NCBI GenBank assembly: GCA_965219565.1
Contig: OZ244780.1
Span: 1,346,146-1,410,145 of the forward strand
Source of the DNA: Dehalococcoidia bacterium
Lineage (GTDB): Bacteria > Chloroflexota > Dehalococcoidia > Lucifugimonadales > JAGWBF01
Length of the DNA stretch: 64,000 nt
Direction: 5' to 3'
Part shown: piece by piece, positions 1-9,372 of the stretch
Numbering within the stretch: position 1 is the first letter of the stretch
Layout: the number at the start of each line of letters is the position of its first letter
Made by a program: the position numbers and the translations under genes
Notes under the pieces: model-generated
Databases searched by the model: none
What the model saw: only the letters and a program-made list of their open reading frames with translations
What the model was told of the DNA's origin: nothing

Positions 1-152
1 TTCTCCCGACAACGAATCTTACGAAATACGGGCGTATGTGAAGAGTCTATTGACACAAACCCAATTAGATAAGATTATTGAAGTGTTCTTCTTCCATCTA
101 TTCAAAGGCAAAAATCGGTTTGAGGGTGTACGAGAGCGGAGAAAGGAGCCAC

Positions 153-1883
153 ATGCCAGATTATGACATTATCATCAAGGGAGGAATGGTTGTTGACGGG
201 ACCAGGGCGCCTCGTTATAGAAGCGACCTGGCGATCAAGAACGGAAAAATCGCCAAGATAGGAGGACTGAAGGGAGCCGGGGCCGCCACGGTCCTGGACG
301 CTTCAGGCCTAATTGTCGCCCCCGGTTTTGTAGACCTTCACACCCACTACGACGCTCAGGTCCAATGGGACCCCTACTGCACCCTATCCGGCTGGCATGG
401 AGTTACCTCCGTGGCCATCGGCAACTGTGGCTTCGGATTCGCTCCGTGTGAACCCGAATATCGGGATAGAGCGATGCTTTCGCTGACTCGCAACGAGGCC
501 ATACCCCTTAAGGCCATGCAAGAGGGGATGTTGTGGGATTGGGTGACGTTCCCTGAGTTCCTGGACAGCTTGGACCGCATCCCCAAGGGAGTGAATCTCC
601 TGAGCTATGTGCCGCTGACGCCCCTTTATGGCTGGGTCATGGGATGGGACGAAGCCAAGAAGAGGCGGCCCACACAGGCGGAGTTGAAGGAGATGTGCAG
701 GCTGGTGCACGAGGGAATGGACGCTGGGGCCTGCGGCTGGAGCGCCCAGGTCTCGGGGCCGGACTCCAACCAGCGAGACTACGACGGTACTCCAATGATT
801 ACCGACATGATGAGCCGTGAGGAAATCCTCGCCTTCGCCCAGGTCTTGGGCGAGCGGGATGAGGGCTACATCGAGTTGACGTACAGGGAGCCGACCGAAG
901 GGCGGGAACCCATACCGGAGCTTACCCTGCAACTCTTTGAGGAAGTGGCCGAGGTGAGCGGCCGGCCAATCATTTACCAGGTGGTCATGCCCAATGTGTC
1001 TGATCCCGGCATACATCGGCAGAGGCTTGACTGGCTGGCGGACTGTGCCCGCAGGGGCCTCAGAGTGTATGGCCAAGGGATGACCACCCGTGGCGGCTTC
1101 GACCTGACCTTCGAGGACTGGAACCTGTTCGACGGGAGCGCCGCTTGGCGAGATGTGACCTTGGGGACGCCAGCCGAGCGTAAAGAGAAGATGCAGGACC
1201 CAGAACACAGGAGGAAACTGCGTGAGGATTGGGACTCGGGCGGACGACCTCACGGGGCTGTCCAACGTGGGTCTGTGGCGGGTTTGGTCGTCCAGAAAGT
1301 GGGCGATCAGAAGTTCGCGGACTACATTGGGCGGTCGGTCCCACAGATTGCACAGATGGAAGGCAAGCACCTCATCGACGCATTGTTGGACTTGGTAGTG
1401 GCCGACGACCTTCAGACCGAGTTCCACGCCGCGGGGGACCGGGACAATTCTGAATACACAGCTGAGATAATGAATGACCCTCACGTGATCCCCGGACTAT
1501 CCGATGGCGGGGCGCACGTCAAGTTCATGACCTTCGGAAGCTTTCCCACAGATGCCCTGGCCTGGATGGTGCGGGATGAGAAGCTGGTGAGCCTGGAGGA
1601 GGCCCACTACAAGTTGAGTTACCTGCCCGCTTTCTTTGGCGGGTTCCAGGACAGAGGAGTTGTTCGCGAGGGCGCCGCTGCAGACCTGGTGGTGTACGAC
1701 CTGGAAAACCTGAAGCTGCTGCCCCCTGAGGTTGCCAGGGACCTGCCCGGAGATGAGTGGCGCAGGATTCAGAAGGCATCCGGGTATCGTTGGATTATGG
1801 TGAACGGCCAGGTGACCTTCGAGGACGGCGAGCCGACGGGAGCGCTGTCAGGCGAGCTGCTCCGCTATGGCAAGGGCGCGTAA
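153..1883 (+). CDS. Amidohydrolase-superfamily N-acyl-D-amino-acid deacylase (D-aminoacylase)-like protein
   Basis: ORF 78..1883. Internal ATG at 153 follows a GAAAGGAG RBS. N-terminus YDIIIKGGMVVDG...APGFVDLHTHYD matches the HxH metal-site start typical of this family. Confidence 0.75.
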   Translation: MPDYDIIIKGGMVVDGTRAPRYRSDLAIKNGKIAKIGGLKGAGAATVLDASGLIVAPGFVDLHTHYDAQVQWDPYCTLSGWHGVTSVAIGNCGFGFAPCEPEYRDRAMLSLTRNEAIPLKAMQEGMLWDWVTFPEFLDSLDRIPKGVNLLSYVPLTPLYGWVMGWDEAKKRRPTQAELKEMCRLVHEGMDAGACGWSAQVSGPDSNQRDYDGTPMITDMMSREEILAFAQVLGERDEGYIELTYREPTEGREPIPELTLQLFEEVAEVSGRPIIYQVVMPNVSDPGIHRQRLDWLADCARRGLRVYGQGMTTRGGFDLTFEDWNLFDGSAAWRDVTLGTPAERKEKMQDPEHRRKLREDWDSGGRPHGAVQRGSVAGLVVQKVGDQKFADYIGRSVPQIAQMEGKHLIDALLDLVVADDLQTEFHAAGDRDNSEYTAEIMNDPHVIPGLSDGGAHVKFMTFGSFPTDALAWMVRDEKLVSLEEAHYKLSYLPAFFGGFQDRGVVREGAAADLVVYDLENLKLLPPEVARDLPGDEWRRIQKASGYRWIMVNGQVTFEDGEPTGALSGELLRYGKGA

Positions 1884-2008
1884 AGCTGAGGTAACCTGGA
1901 CCTGATGTACTGACTCCCAGGCTCATGCCCCCTATCGGCCATGCCCTTGGGGACGAGTCTGAAAGGGGCTCCCCACCGGGTCAGAGGACGATCGGATATA
2001 GGCTAGGT

Positions 2009-2329
2009 CTATTCTGATGGAGTCCCTATCAGGATGTCGTCGCCCTCTATCTTGACCGGATACACTGTGAGTGCTTCCATGGCTGGAGGGGTTATGACCT
2101 CGCCAGTCCTGACGTCGAATGTAGCCCCGTGGAGGGGGCATGCCACCTCGTGTTCATACAGCAGTCCGCGGGACAGCATCCCATCTTCGTGGGTGCATGC
2201 TTCGTTAACGGCGTAGAGCTGGCCATCATAGTTGCATAGCAGTATCCGTTCGCCGGCTATCCTGACCAGCTTCATTTGACCGGGTTTCAGGTCTCCGACC
2301 TCTGCTGCCTTCACAAACTCCTGAGGCAT
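2009..2329 (-). CDS. Rieske [2Fe-2S] ferredoxin-type protein
   Basis: 106 aa with CTHEDG (CxH) and CPLHG (CxxH) cluster-ligand motifs at Rieske spacing. GGAGG-type RBS upstream. Confidence 0.8.
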   Translation of the reverse strand: MPQEFVKAAEVGDLKPGQMKLVRIAGERILLCNYDGQLYAVNEACTHEDGMLSRGLLYEHEVACPLHGATFDVRTGEVITPPAMEALTVYPVKIEGDDILIGTPSE

Positions 2330-2461
2330 GGTCCCTCCTTCATCGCAACGTGGCTATTATGATACCCCACCGGCCACAAAGAACAGCTTCGGTAATAGTT
2401 CTAGTTGGGCTGACCGCTCTGGTTTTCATTGTAAATTGTTGGGGGAGCTTTGGCGAATTGA

Positions 2462-2578
2462 CGGCGTTGACCCCTCTTGCTCCACGGCTATCATTCGGTC
2501 AAATTAGGGGCGAATCAGGGGAATTGGCATAAGCGCAACAGCACGGAGGGCGCCGCTATTGAGCTACGAGTTCGTTTT
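2462..2578 (+). pseudogene. Decayed duplicate of the promoter, leader and first codons of the enoyl-CoA hydratase gene
   Basis: About 115 bp align by eye with 3506..3612 (GGCGTTGACCC..CTTGCTCCA.GGCTATCATTCGGTCAAA.TAGGGG...GCACGGAGGG.GCC). ATGAGCTATGAGTTC of the intact copy is ATTGAGCTACGAGTTC here, so the start codon is lost. Confidence 0.6.
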
Positions 2579-2726
2579 AGGTATGGCGGGGCTGTTGATG
2601 CCTGCCAGAGTTCTTACAGAACTGGTTGGAGCCATCGTTGAAAGTAACAGGGTCGACGACCTTTTTACACAAATCCTTGAATAGGGTTCGCTGAGTTCTC
2701 GTGCTTACCCATAGATGGCAATAGGT

Positions 2727-3101
2727 CTAGGGCGTCGATAATGGAATGGGGCGAAACTCGTCCCTGACTTCCTCGCAAACACGCGCCACTTCATCACTCA
2801 TTACCTTCGATGAGACAGCGCACATGAGCCGCCATACCCTTTGGGTATCAGGCTCAGAGATGACTATCAATAGGACACCTTGAGGCGAGCTCTGTGCCGG
2901 GCCTTGAGCATGACCCCGAGACGTTGCCAGATGTAGACCACCGCGGTGCCAGGTCACGGGCTCGCCGAATTCCGCGCCGACGAATAGCTCAATCCAAGAC
3001 GCCAAAACCCCTGTGGGCCGGGCGTCGCTGTACACTCCGTCCGAATAAGCGGCAATGAGCACTCTTTCCTCATCCTCTGAGGCTGCCACCTTTCCTGACA
3101 T
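2727..3101 (-). CDS. Hypothetical protein
   Basis: 124-aa ORF with non-repetitive composition. Overlaps the 3' part of ORF 2954..3340 in another frame, so one of the two extents is wrong or a frameshift is present. Confidence 0.35.
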   Translation of the reverse strand: MSGKVAASEDEERVLIAAYSDGVYSDARPTGVLASWIELFVGAEFGEPVTWHRGGLHLATSRGHAQGPAQSSPQGVLLIVISEPDTQRVWRLMCAVSSKVMSDEVARVCEEVRDEFRPIPLSTP

Positions 3102-3340
3102 GCTGAAGTCTGGTAGGTCTGGAGGAGCGCCGAGTCGTTCTTAAGCATCTCGATGACTCGCCCATAGGCGACCGGGAGCATGACGTTGAATCCAGGTGGG
3201 ATCTGCCACTCCGAATCAACGGCTATGGTGACAGTGGTTCTTGACGGAGGCTCGGTGTCAGTGGCCCTCCAACACGCGGCGGCAGCGAAAACGACGATGA
3301 ATAATATCGCGACGTCGATGCTCTGATTCCATGTACTCAA
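2954..3340 (-). CDS. Hypothetical protein with N-terminal membrane anchor or signal
   Basis: N-terminus MSTWNQSIDVAILFIVVFAAAACW is hydrophobic. Only the part upstream of about 3100 looks convincingly coding. Confidence 0.3.
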   Translation of the reverse strand: MSTWNQSIDVAILFIVVFAAAACWRATDTEPPSRTTVTIAVDSEWQIPPGFNVMLPVAYGRVIEMLKNDSALLQTYQTSACQERWQPQRMRKECSLPLIRTECTATPGPQGFWRLGLSYSSARNSASP

Positions 3341-3510
3341 TTGACATCAGGCTACGAGAGAATAGTTCCCCTCTATTCAGTGAACTGCTCCGGGAGCTGC
3401 TCCCAAAGGGCCCATCGCGATAAATTAACCAGTCGGGGAACCGGTGACCAACACTAACACAAAGTTGTCGTGTGGTCGATTTGACTGGGGGATGGCTGTT
3501 CTATGCGGCG

Positions 3511-3539
3511 TTGACCCGCTCTTGCTCCAAGGCTATCAT
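3511..3539 (+). promoter_or_regulatory. Sigma70-like promoter for the enoyl-CoA hydratase gene
   Basis: TTGACC (3511-3516), 17-bp spacer, TATCAT (3534-3539), about 55 nt upstream of the ATG at 3594. Confidence 0.45.
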
Positions 3540-3593
3540 TCGGTCAAAGTAGGGGTGAATTGGCCGACGGGCAGCAGCACGGAGGGTGCCACA

Positions 3594-4400
3594 ATGAGCT
3601 ATGAGTTCTTTATCGTGGAGACTGTAGACCATGTCTCCACAGTCACCTTGAACAGGCCGGACAAGCTGAACGCTCTCAGCCATGCCATGACCAGGGAGTT
3701 CCACGTCGTCCTGGACGGCATCGAGGCCCAGTTCCCCGACGTGCGGGCCATCATCGTCACCGGCACGGGAAGGGGCTTTTGTTCCGGGGCCGACGTGGTG
3801 GAACAGCGGGCGTCATTGGACGGAGGCGGAGAGCAGCCTCCTCCGGGCCGGATTCATGCTCCAAGGACCGTGAGCATAACGGCACTGGCGCCCCGGCTTC
3901 GCAGTCTGCCTCAGGCGACCATAGCCGCAGTCAACGGAGTGGCTGCGGGAGCCGGTTTGGCGCTGGCCCTGGCCTGCGACATACGAATCGCGTCCGAGAC
4001 ATCCCGGTTTTCGTCCATTTTCATTAAGCGCTCCCTGATGCCCGACACCGCCGCCTCGTACACTCTGCCGCAGCTGGTGGGGTTCGGAGTGGCTGCCGAG
4101 ATGACTCTCACGGGCCGGATGTATGGAGCGGCTTGGGCCAAGGACAAAGGGCTGGTCAATGACGTTGTGCCGGAAGACGGGTTGATGGAAGAGGCAATGT
4201 CTCTGGCGTCGGAGATCGCTTCTAATCCGCCTCTGGCGGTGCGGGCCGCCAAAGAGCTCATGTACAAGCTGGACGTTGACCTGCAGGATGTAATTGAACG
4301 GGAGATGAACGCAAACCTGCCGCTGCGCCACACCGAGGACAGACTGGAAGCCGCAACGTCCTTCCTAGAGAAGCGGTCCCCGGAGTATAAGGGACGGTAG
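3594..4400 (+). CDS. Enoyl-CoA hydratase/isomerase (crotonase) family protein
   Basis: Start at the internal ATG 3594 (GGAGGG RBS). VTLNRPDKLNAL, FCSGADV and AAVNGVAAGAGLALALACDIRIA are classic crotonase-fold motifs. Confidence 0.85.
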   Translation: MSYEFFIVETVDHVSTVTLNRPDKLNALSHAMTREFHVVLDGIEAQFPDVRAIIVTGTGRGFCSGADVVEQRASLDGGGEQPPPGRIHAPRTVSITALAPRLRSLPQATIAAVNGVAAGAGLALALACDIRIASETSRFSSIFIKRSLMPDTAASYTLPQLVGFGVAAEMTLTGRMYGAAWAKDKGLVNDVVPEDGLMEEAMSLASEIASNPPLAVRAAKELMYKLDVDLQDVIEREMNANLPLRHTEDRLEAATSFLEKRSPEYKGR

Positions 4401-4456
4401 AGGTTCTCGGACCGGCAGCACGGGTGGCCTATATTGCAGACCAGACCCGCTTACGG

Positions 4457-4485
4457 TTGAGCAGACGGCTTCCCGATGATAGAAT
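4457..4485 (+). promoter_or_regulatory. Sigma70-like promoter for the DUF35/thiolase pair
   Basis: TTGAGC (4457-4462), 17-bp spacer, TAGAAT (4480-4485). Same hexamers and spacing as the tRNA-Asn promoter. Confidence 0.45.
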
Positions 4486-4589
4486 CCGTTGCGAAGCATA
4501 GTTCGCCTATTGTCGCCTTTGTGTACAAACACGTCCGTAGGCGGTAAGAGGCGCAGTTCCCTAGAGACACCGAGAAACAGAGGAGAGAC

Positions 4590-5000
4590 ATGACAAAGCA
4601 AGGAGTGGTCCCCGACCAGTTGACCCAGGGTTTCTGGGACGCCGCCAACGAAGGGCGGCTGGCTGTCCAGAACTGTACTACATGCAACAGGCTCCAATTC
4701 CCGGCTCAGGCGGCCTGCGACGAGTGCGGGTCAGGAGACTCCCTGGAGTGGAAGCAGGTGAGCGGCCGGGGCAAGATATACAACTACGGGGTAGTCCACG
4801 ATTGCCCCATCGCTCTGCTCAAAGAGGACTTGCCGTTCAACCTGGCGGTGATCATGTTGGATGACGATTCCGAGATCCTGATGTATTCCCATCTCCCGGG
4901 GATCCCAGTCGACCAGGTCCCGGTGGGGGCTGCCGTTGAGGTCATCTTCGAGGCCACTGCAAACGGCCAGATGGTCCCTGAGTGGAAGGTCGCGGGCTAG
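4590..5000 (+). CDS. DUF35-type Zn-ribbon/OB-fold protein (thiolase partner)
   Basis: 136 aa with CxxC...CxxC rubredoxin-like ribbon (CTTCNRLQFPAQAACDECGS) followed by an OB-like region. Sits immediately upstream of a thiolase-like gene, the usual pairing. Confidence 0.75.
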   Translation: MTKQGVVPDQLTQGFWDAANEGRLAVQNCTTCNRLQFPAQAACDECGSGDSLEWKQVSGRGKIYNYGVVHDCPIALLKEDLPFNLAVIMLDDDSEILMYSHLPGIPVDQVPVGAAVEVIFEATANGQMVPEWKVAG

Positions 5001-5061
5001 AGCCGCCCGACGTTTAAGACAGGTAAGCACAAAAGTTGGCTGATTCAGAAAGGAGAGAACA

Positions 5062-6393
5062 ATGACTACCCAGACTCCTCACGCATCGATGTACAGGGTT
5101 GACGAGGGATTAGGGGTATGGGCACACAAAGGCAAGGTGGCGGCGGTAGGCATAGGCCACTCTCCCACCGCACGTCGCTGGGACGAGGAACCGGAGACCA
5201 GCGTGGGAGCCTGGAGCATCCTGGCCCTCAGGAGAGCAATGGAGGACGCCGGCGTCACACCAGACCAAGTTGACGGCATGGTGGTGGTCCCGGAGACTAC
5301 CACGGGGGCGCACTGGGAACAGGGCAAGCCCATACCAGAAAAGACGCTCAATGCCTTCAATCAGACTAACGACCCTTTGGACGGAATCGCCAAGCTCAGC
5401 GCAGAGTGGCTATTGAAGAACATGCCGGAGCTGACCAACGTCAATTTCACGATGCACGCATCAGCGTGCATGTCTCACGCCTTGGTGGTGGCAGCTCAAG
5501 CAGTGGGCAGCGGCATGGCCAACACCTGCCTGGTGTTGAAGGGTTGGCATAATTTGGAGGGCCGGTACAACCACGGAGGCGTCAGCGCCCAGGACTCGGT
5601 TACTGGGACATTCGCGACGGCGACGGGACGGACCCTCTGGGGAGCGCCGGGCTGCTACGCCACCGCCCTCCAGTTCGCCGAGTACTGCCGCAAATATGGG
5701 AAGAGCCATGAGATGATGGCCCCGTTCATGCGGAACTCCAGGCGGAACGGGCTGCTGTTCCCAGAGGGATACTGGGCCCAACATCGGCCCGAGGAACTGA
5801 CCGTGGAGGACTACCTGAGCGCCCGGTGGATTGCCAAACCGGCGAACCTTTTCGACAACGACATACCCATCATGGCTTCTGCGGCCTACTTGTTTACAAC
5901 GGCCGAGCGGGCCAAGGACATGAAGCAGAAGCCCGTGTACATCCTCAACCACGTGTCCAGCAAGGCCAAGCCCAGGAGCATTCTTCCCAGTCTCGATGAA
6001 GTGGAGGCGGAAACCGCCAAAACGGGACGGAGACTCTACGAGGGGGCGGGAATCACAGCCAACGACCTGTCTTTCGAGAACATGTACGACGGTTTCACCC
6101 TGTTCCACCAGTTCCACGTGGAAGGCTTGGGATACCGGGGCATCAAGTTTGGAGATGCCCTGGACTTTTACCAGACTGACATCAGCATCGAAGGGCCGAG
6201 CCCGATTCTGCCCAGCGGCGGCAACATAGGCGGAGGCCGGAGCCGCTTCTGGATGCATACCGACAGTATGCAACAGATACAGGGACGGGCTGGGGGGCGG
6301 CAGCTCACAGGTGTGAAACCGGAGATAGGAATCTCCGGCGGCCCGATGCCGTTAGGTGGCAACTTCACCGTGTGGAGCGCCAATCCTGACTAG
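5062..6393 (+). CDS. Thiolase-like (SCP-x / lipid-transfer type) protein
   Basis: 443 aa. Family called from overall thiolase-fold length, Gly-rich C-terminus (GGNIGGGRS...GGPMPLGGN) and pairing with DUF35. Not confirmed by search. Confidence 0.65.
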   Translation: MTTQTPHASMYRVDEGLGVWAHKGKVAAVGIGHSPTARRWDEEPETSVGAWSILALRRAMEDAGVTPDQVDGMVVVPETTTGAHWEQGKPIPEKTLNAFNQTNDPLDGIAKLSAEWLLKNMPELTNVNFTMHASACMSHALVVAAQAVGSGMANTCLVLKGWHNLEGRYNHGGVSAQDSVTGTFATATGRTLWGAPGCYATALQFAEYCRKYGKSHEMMAPFMRNSRRNGLLFPEGYWAQHRPEELTVEDYLSARWIAKPANLFDNDIPIMASAAYLFTTAERAKDMKQKPVYILNHVSSKAKPRSILPSLDEVEAETAKTGRRLYEGAGITANDLSFENMYDGFTLFHQFHVEGLGYRGIKFGDALDFYQTDISIEGPSPILPSGGNIGGGRSRFWMHTDSMQQIQGRAGGRQLTGVKPEIGISGGPMPLGGNFTVWSANPD

Positions 6394-6529
6394 TCGACGC
6401 GGCGCTTCGTTAGCTCTAACTTTCTCGCATGAATAGAAAGCGTTGTCCCGCCGATAGGTCCGTCAGTCCTTGGACTGATGAGCAAGCTCGGCGGGGCTGG
6501 CCGATACCCTAAAGAGAGGAACCCGCCTG

Positions 6530-6895
6530 GTGATATTGATAAGTTTCGACATAGACGGCACCCTGGAGGTGGGCGACCCTCCCGGAATACTGACTATGGA
6601 TATGGTGAGGATGGTCCGAGACAAAGGGTTCTTGATAGGTAGTTGTTCGGACCGGCCGGTCAGCATTCAGAGAGCCATTTGGGAGAGCCACAACATCCCG
6701 GTGGACTTTGCCGTGACAAAGCACATGCTTCCCGACGTTAAGGCTAAGTTCGAGGCCGACGTCTACTACCATATCGGCGATAGGGAAGACCTGGACAAGA
6801 AGTATGCACTAGAGGCGGGCTTCGAGTTCCTCTGGCCGAACGAAGCCGCTGAGATGCCCTGGTTCGTGTCAGACGTCAACGCCGGGGCATCGTAA
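6530..6895 (+). CDS. HAD-superfamily hydrolase-like protein
   Basis: GTG start. Motif I FDIDGTL, a Ser motif (GSCSDR) and a late GDxxD (HIGDREDLD). Confidence 0.6.
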   Translation: MILISFDIDGTLEVGDPPGILTMDMVRMVRDKGFLIGSCSDRPVSIQRAIWESHNIPVDFAVTKHMLPDVKAKFEADVYYHIGDREDLDKKYALEAGFEFLWPNEAAEMPWFVSDVNAGAS

Positions 6896-6949
6896 GTCCT
6901 TCATCTCTCCTGAAACGTTACTATCTGCATGGGGGAACCGGGGCTCTTA

Positions 6950-6978
6950 TTGAGCCTACAGCGTCTCAATGATAGAAT
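6950..6978 (+). promoter_or_regulatory. Sigma70-like promoter for tRNA-Asn
   Basis: TTGAGC (6950-6955), 17-bp spacer, TAGAAT (6973-6978), 40 nt upstream of the tRNA 5' end. Confidence 0.45.
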
Positions 6979-7018
6979 CCCTTTTGCAGCATTCTTCGTC
7001 CCCTTGCTGCGCTCACCT

Positions 7019-7093
7019 TCCCCAGTAGCTCAGTGGTAGAGCGGGCGGCTGTTAACCGCTAGGTCGTAGGTTCGAATCCTACCTGGGGAGCCA
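7019..7093 (+). tRNA. tRNA-Asn: tRNA-Asn (anticodon GTT), CCA encoded
   Basis: Hand-folded cloverleaf. Acceptor TCCCCAG/CTGGGGA, D-arm GCTCAGTGGTAGAGC, anticodon loop CTGTTAA, T-arm GTAGG-TTCGAAT-CCTAC, discriminator G and CCA at 7091-7093. Confidence 0.9.
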
Positions 7094-7127
7094 ATCCTCC
7101 TAACACTAAGTACTTCGGCCGTTGTCG

Positions 7128-8735
7128 TTAACCCATTGCTAGCCTGGATTGGCATCGTGATTCCCCTTTCTCAAACGACGTGAGGTTTTCAGTAGGGATG
7201 CCAAGGGTGATGCTGACGTTGTTGTTGTGGTCAATGAGGACCTGATCGACGAGCAACCGCAGGACATCCCGGCGCTTCTCCTGGGGCAGGTCGTCCAGAC
7301 CGTGGCCGAACCTCCCGGCCCATTCAACCAGGTTCTCCATGAGCAGGCGCTTCTCAGACGCCATCGACTCCCTGGCGCGGAGGTCGTTCAGCGTGGCGCG
7401 CGCGGCTTCCAGGCGCTCGGTGATGAACCGCCGCTGCTGGTCGAGCTGGTCCTCGGTGATCTTGCTCGACACGTACAGTCGGATGGCCCTCTCCTCCTCG
7501 ACCTGGACCTTTTGGAGGTCGCGCTCGGCTCCTGCGATCTGGTTGGCGACGCCAAAGTCATCGTGGGCGTCGAGGGACTCGATGCCCGCCACTATAAGCT
7601 CGGGGTTCTGGACCATCTCCTTGACCTGGTTCCACACCAGCTTCTCCAACTGTTCGGCCCTGATCATTGCGGGCTTCCGGCAATCCATGTCCTCTCTGAG
7701 CATCCCGTAGCAGTGGTAGTGCCTCTGAGGGGTGACCCTGGCCTGCTTGCGGACCTTGCCCTTCCGCCTGAAGTAGGTGTGGGTGGAGGAGCGGCAGGCG
7801 AACATTAACCCGCACTCGGCGCAACTGACGAGGTGCTGGAGCAGATAGAATATCTTGGTGTTGCGCTTGGACCGCACCGTCCGCTGCTTCTTGATGGCCT
7901 GAGCGCGGTCCCAGGTCTCCTCGTCCACCAGGGGCGGGAACGGCACCTTGATCCACCTATCTTCCGGCTGCGGGTAGATTCTCTCTCCGGCCTCCGTCAC
8001 GACCCAGCGGGCCTTGCCGTAGTGCCATGCGCCCTTGTAGACCTCCCTGCCGAGAATGGCGCTGACGTATGCCTTGTGCCACCGGGAGCCGGGATTTCTG
8101 AGAGGTGCGTCCTCGCTGGTCATCCGTTCGCAGATTGGCGTCCCGGCCAAACCCTCGTGAACGTACATGTGGAAGATGCGCCGAACGACCTCGGCCTCCG
8201 GCTCGCATATCTCCGGCTTGCCGTCGTCTCCGGTACGATACCCGTAGGGGGGCGCTCCGGCGGGCATCCGGCCCTGCTTGGCCGAGCCGCGCTTGCCCAT
8301 GGTGGACCTCTCCCGGAAGTTGTCCAGCTCGATCTTGCCGATGGCGGCCATGAGGCCGAAGGTCTTCATGTCGATAGCGTCCATGACGGCTTCCAGCTGT
8401 ATCTGATGAGCCTCGACCACTTCCATGAGGGCGGCTGCGGGGTACATGCCCCTGCTGAGGCGGTCGGACTTCCAGCAGACGATGGTGTCGAAGCGTTCCC
8501 GCCTGGCGTCGGCCAGCATCCTCTGGAACTCCGGGCGCTTCTTGGACCATCCCCTGCCCACCTCCTGGTATCGGGCGGTTATGGTCATGCCCTTCTGCTC
8601 GCAGTAGGCTTCCATCTCGCCTGTCTGCTCGGAGATGGAGGTCTTGTCGTCTTCGGCCTGGCTCTTGTCCGAAACGCGGGCGTAGATGGCCGCCCTCTTG
8701 CCGTTCACTCGTTCCCTTGCTCTGGTTCTCGCCAT
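7128..8735 (-). CDS. Large serine recombinase (integrase)
   Basis: Start at ATG 8735 after a GGAGG RBS. AAIYARVSDKSQ carries the catalytic Ser. Also has the resolvase domain, recombinase domain, Cys-rich zinc-ribbon region (CAECG...YHCYG) and a coiled-coil C-terminus. Confidence 0.9.
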   Translation of the reverse strand: MARTRARERVNGKRAAIYARVSDKSQAEDDKTSISEQTGEMEAYCEQKGMTITARYQEVGRGWSKKRPEFQRMLADARRERFDTIVCWKSDRLSRGMYPAAALMEVVEAHQIQLEAVMDAIDMKTFGLMAAIGKIELDNFRERSTMGKRGSAKQGRMPAGAPPYGYRTGDDGKPEICEPEAEVVRRIFHMYVHEGLAGTPICERMTSEDAPLRNPGSRWHKAYVSAILGREVYKGAWHYGKARWVVTEAGERIYPQPEDRWIKVPFPPLVDEETWDRAQAIKKQRTVRSKRNTKIFYLLQHLVSCAECGLMFACRSSTHTYFRRKGKVRKQARVTPQRHYHCYGMLREDMDCRKPAMIRAEQLEKLVWNQVKEMVQNPELIVAGIESLDAHDDFGVANQIAGAERDLQKVQVEEERAIRLYVSSKITEDQLDQQRRFITERLEAARATLNDLRARESMASEKRLLMENLVEWAGRFGHGLDDLPQEKRRDVLRLLVDQVLIDHNNNVSITLGIPTENLTSFEKGESRCQSRLAMG

Positions 8736-8962
8736 GATTCGCCTCCTTATGCTCACATTCCCTGAAACGAAAAAGACCCGCCTCCTGTTGGGAGCGGGTC
8801 TGCGAGTAGTACAATCTATTCGCATCACCTGATCTCAACAGGTGGCGCCACGGCCCGGGGTGTGTCTAGCATCGCCGGGCCAACTTTCTGTCCCCATGAT
8901 ACCCCTATTGGCGGGTCATGGTCAAAGGTCTTGTTGACAGCCGCCGCCGAGGCTGATGACGG

Positions 8963-9196
8963 TCAGGGTATGAGGGGGCCGCATGAGCCGTCGTCCTCGC
9001 CGCCATCCTCCGGCGATGGGTTGGTCGGGGGCTGGCGCTTGGCGTCCTCGGCGGCGTACCTGAGCAGGATGGTGAAGAGGCGTCGCAGCCTGTCCTCGGC
9101 GTCGGGTCCGGGGTTGTAGTTGATCTCCACCACCCTAAGCTCCGGGTCGCCCCCACGCGGCCTCCCTCGTCTTTGTGGGCTGTTCTTATCCTTCAT
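8963..9196 (-). CDS. Hypothetical small basic/acidic protein
   Basis: 77-aa ORF directly upstream of the recombinase. No recognisable motif. Position is compatible with a directionality factor, but that is a guess. Confidence 0.35.
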   Translation of the reverse strand: MKDKNSPQRRGRPRGGDPELRVVEINYNPGPDAEDRLRRLFTILLRYAAEDAKRQPPTNPSPEDGGEDDGSCGPLIP

Positions 9197-9372
9197 ATCG
9201 GTCTATTCCATCGGTCATATCGCGGGGCGCACGTGGTCCCTGCGCTCACGCCCTCGTCTTTGTCGGAAGCCGCCGGTCCGTCGTGTTCGTCCTGATGTCG
9301 GTCGTGCTCCCTTGGCACCTGGGTGCGAGCGTTCTTGAAGCCTGAAGCTGTCCTATCCGGCGTCCGCCGCGT

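Noticed and set aside
2350-2532. 60-aa ORF upstream of the duplicated promoter
   Set aside because: It overlaps the decayed promoter/leader duplicate, has no RBS, and its hydrophobic stretch could be fortuitous.
7128-7180. Amino-acid resemblance of the recombinase tails (SFEKGESRCQSRLAMG versus SFGKLRYSCVVELDATG) as evidence that the att site lies inside the 3' end of the gene
   Set aside because: The DNA-level alignment under this register is weak. It also conflicts with the better AAGTACT-centred register located after the stop codon. The tail similarity may simply reflect homology of the two recombinases.
8842-8851. Perfect palindrome GTGGCGCCAC about 100 nt upstream of the recombinase start, loosely resembling GGTGC(A/G)CCACG in the 43.4/51.4-kb repeats
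   Set aside because: A 10-bp GC palindrome is expected by chance in GC-rich DNA, and the similarity to the repeat core is too short to support a shared site without further data.
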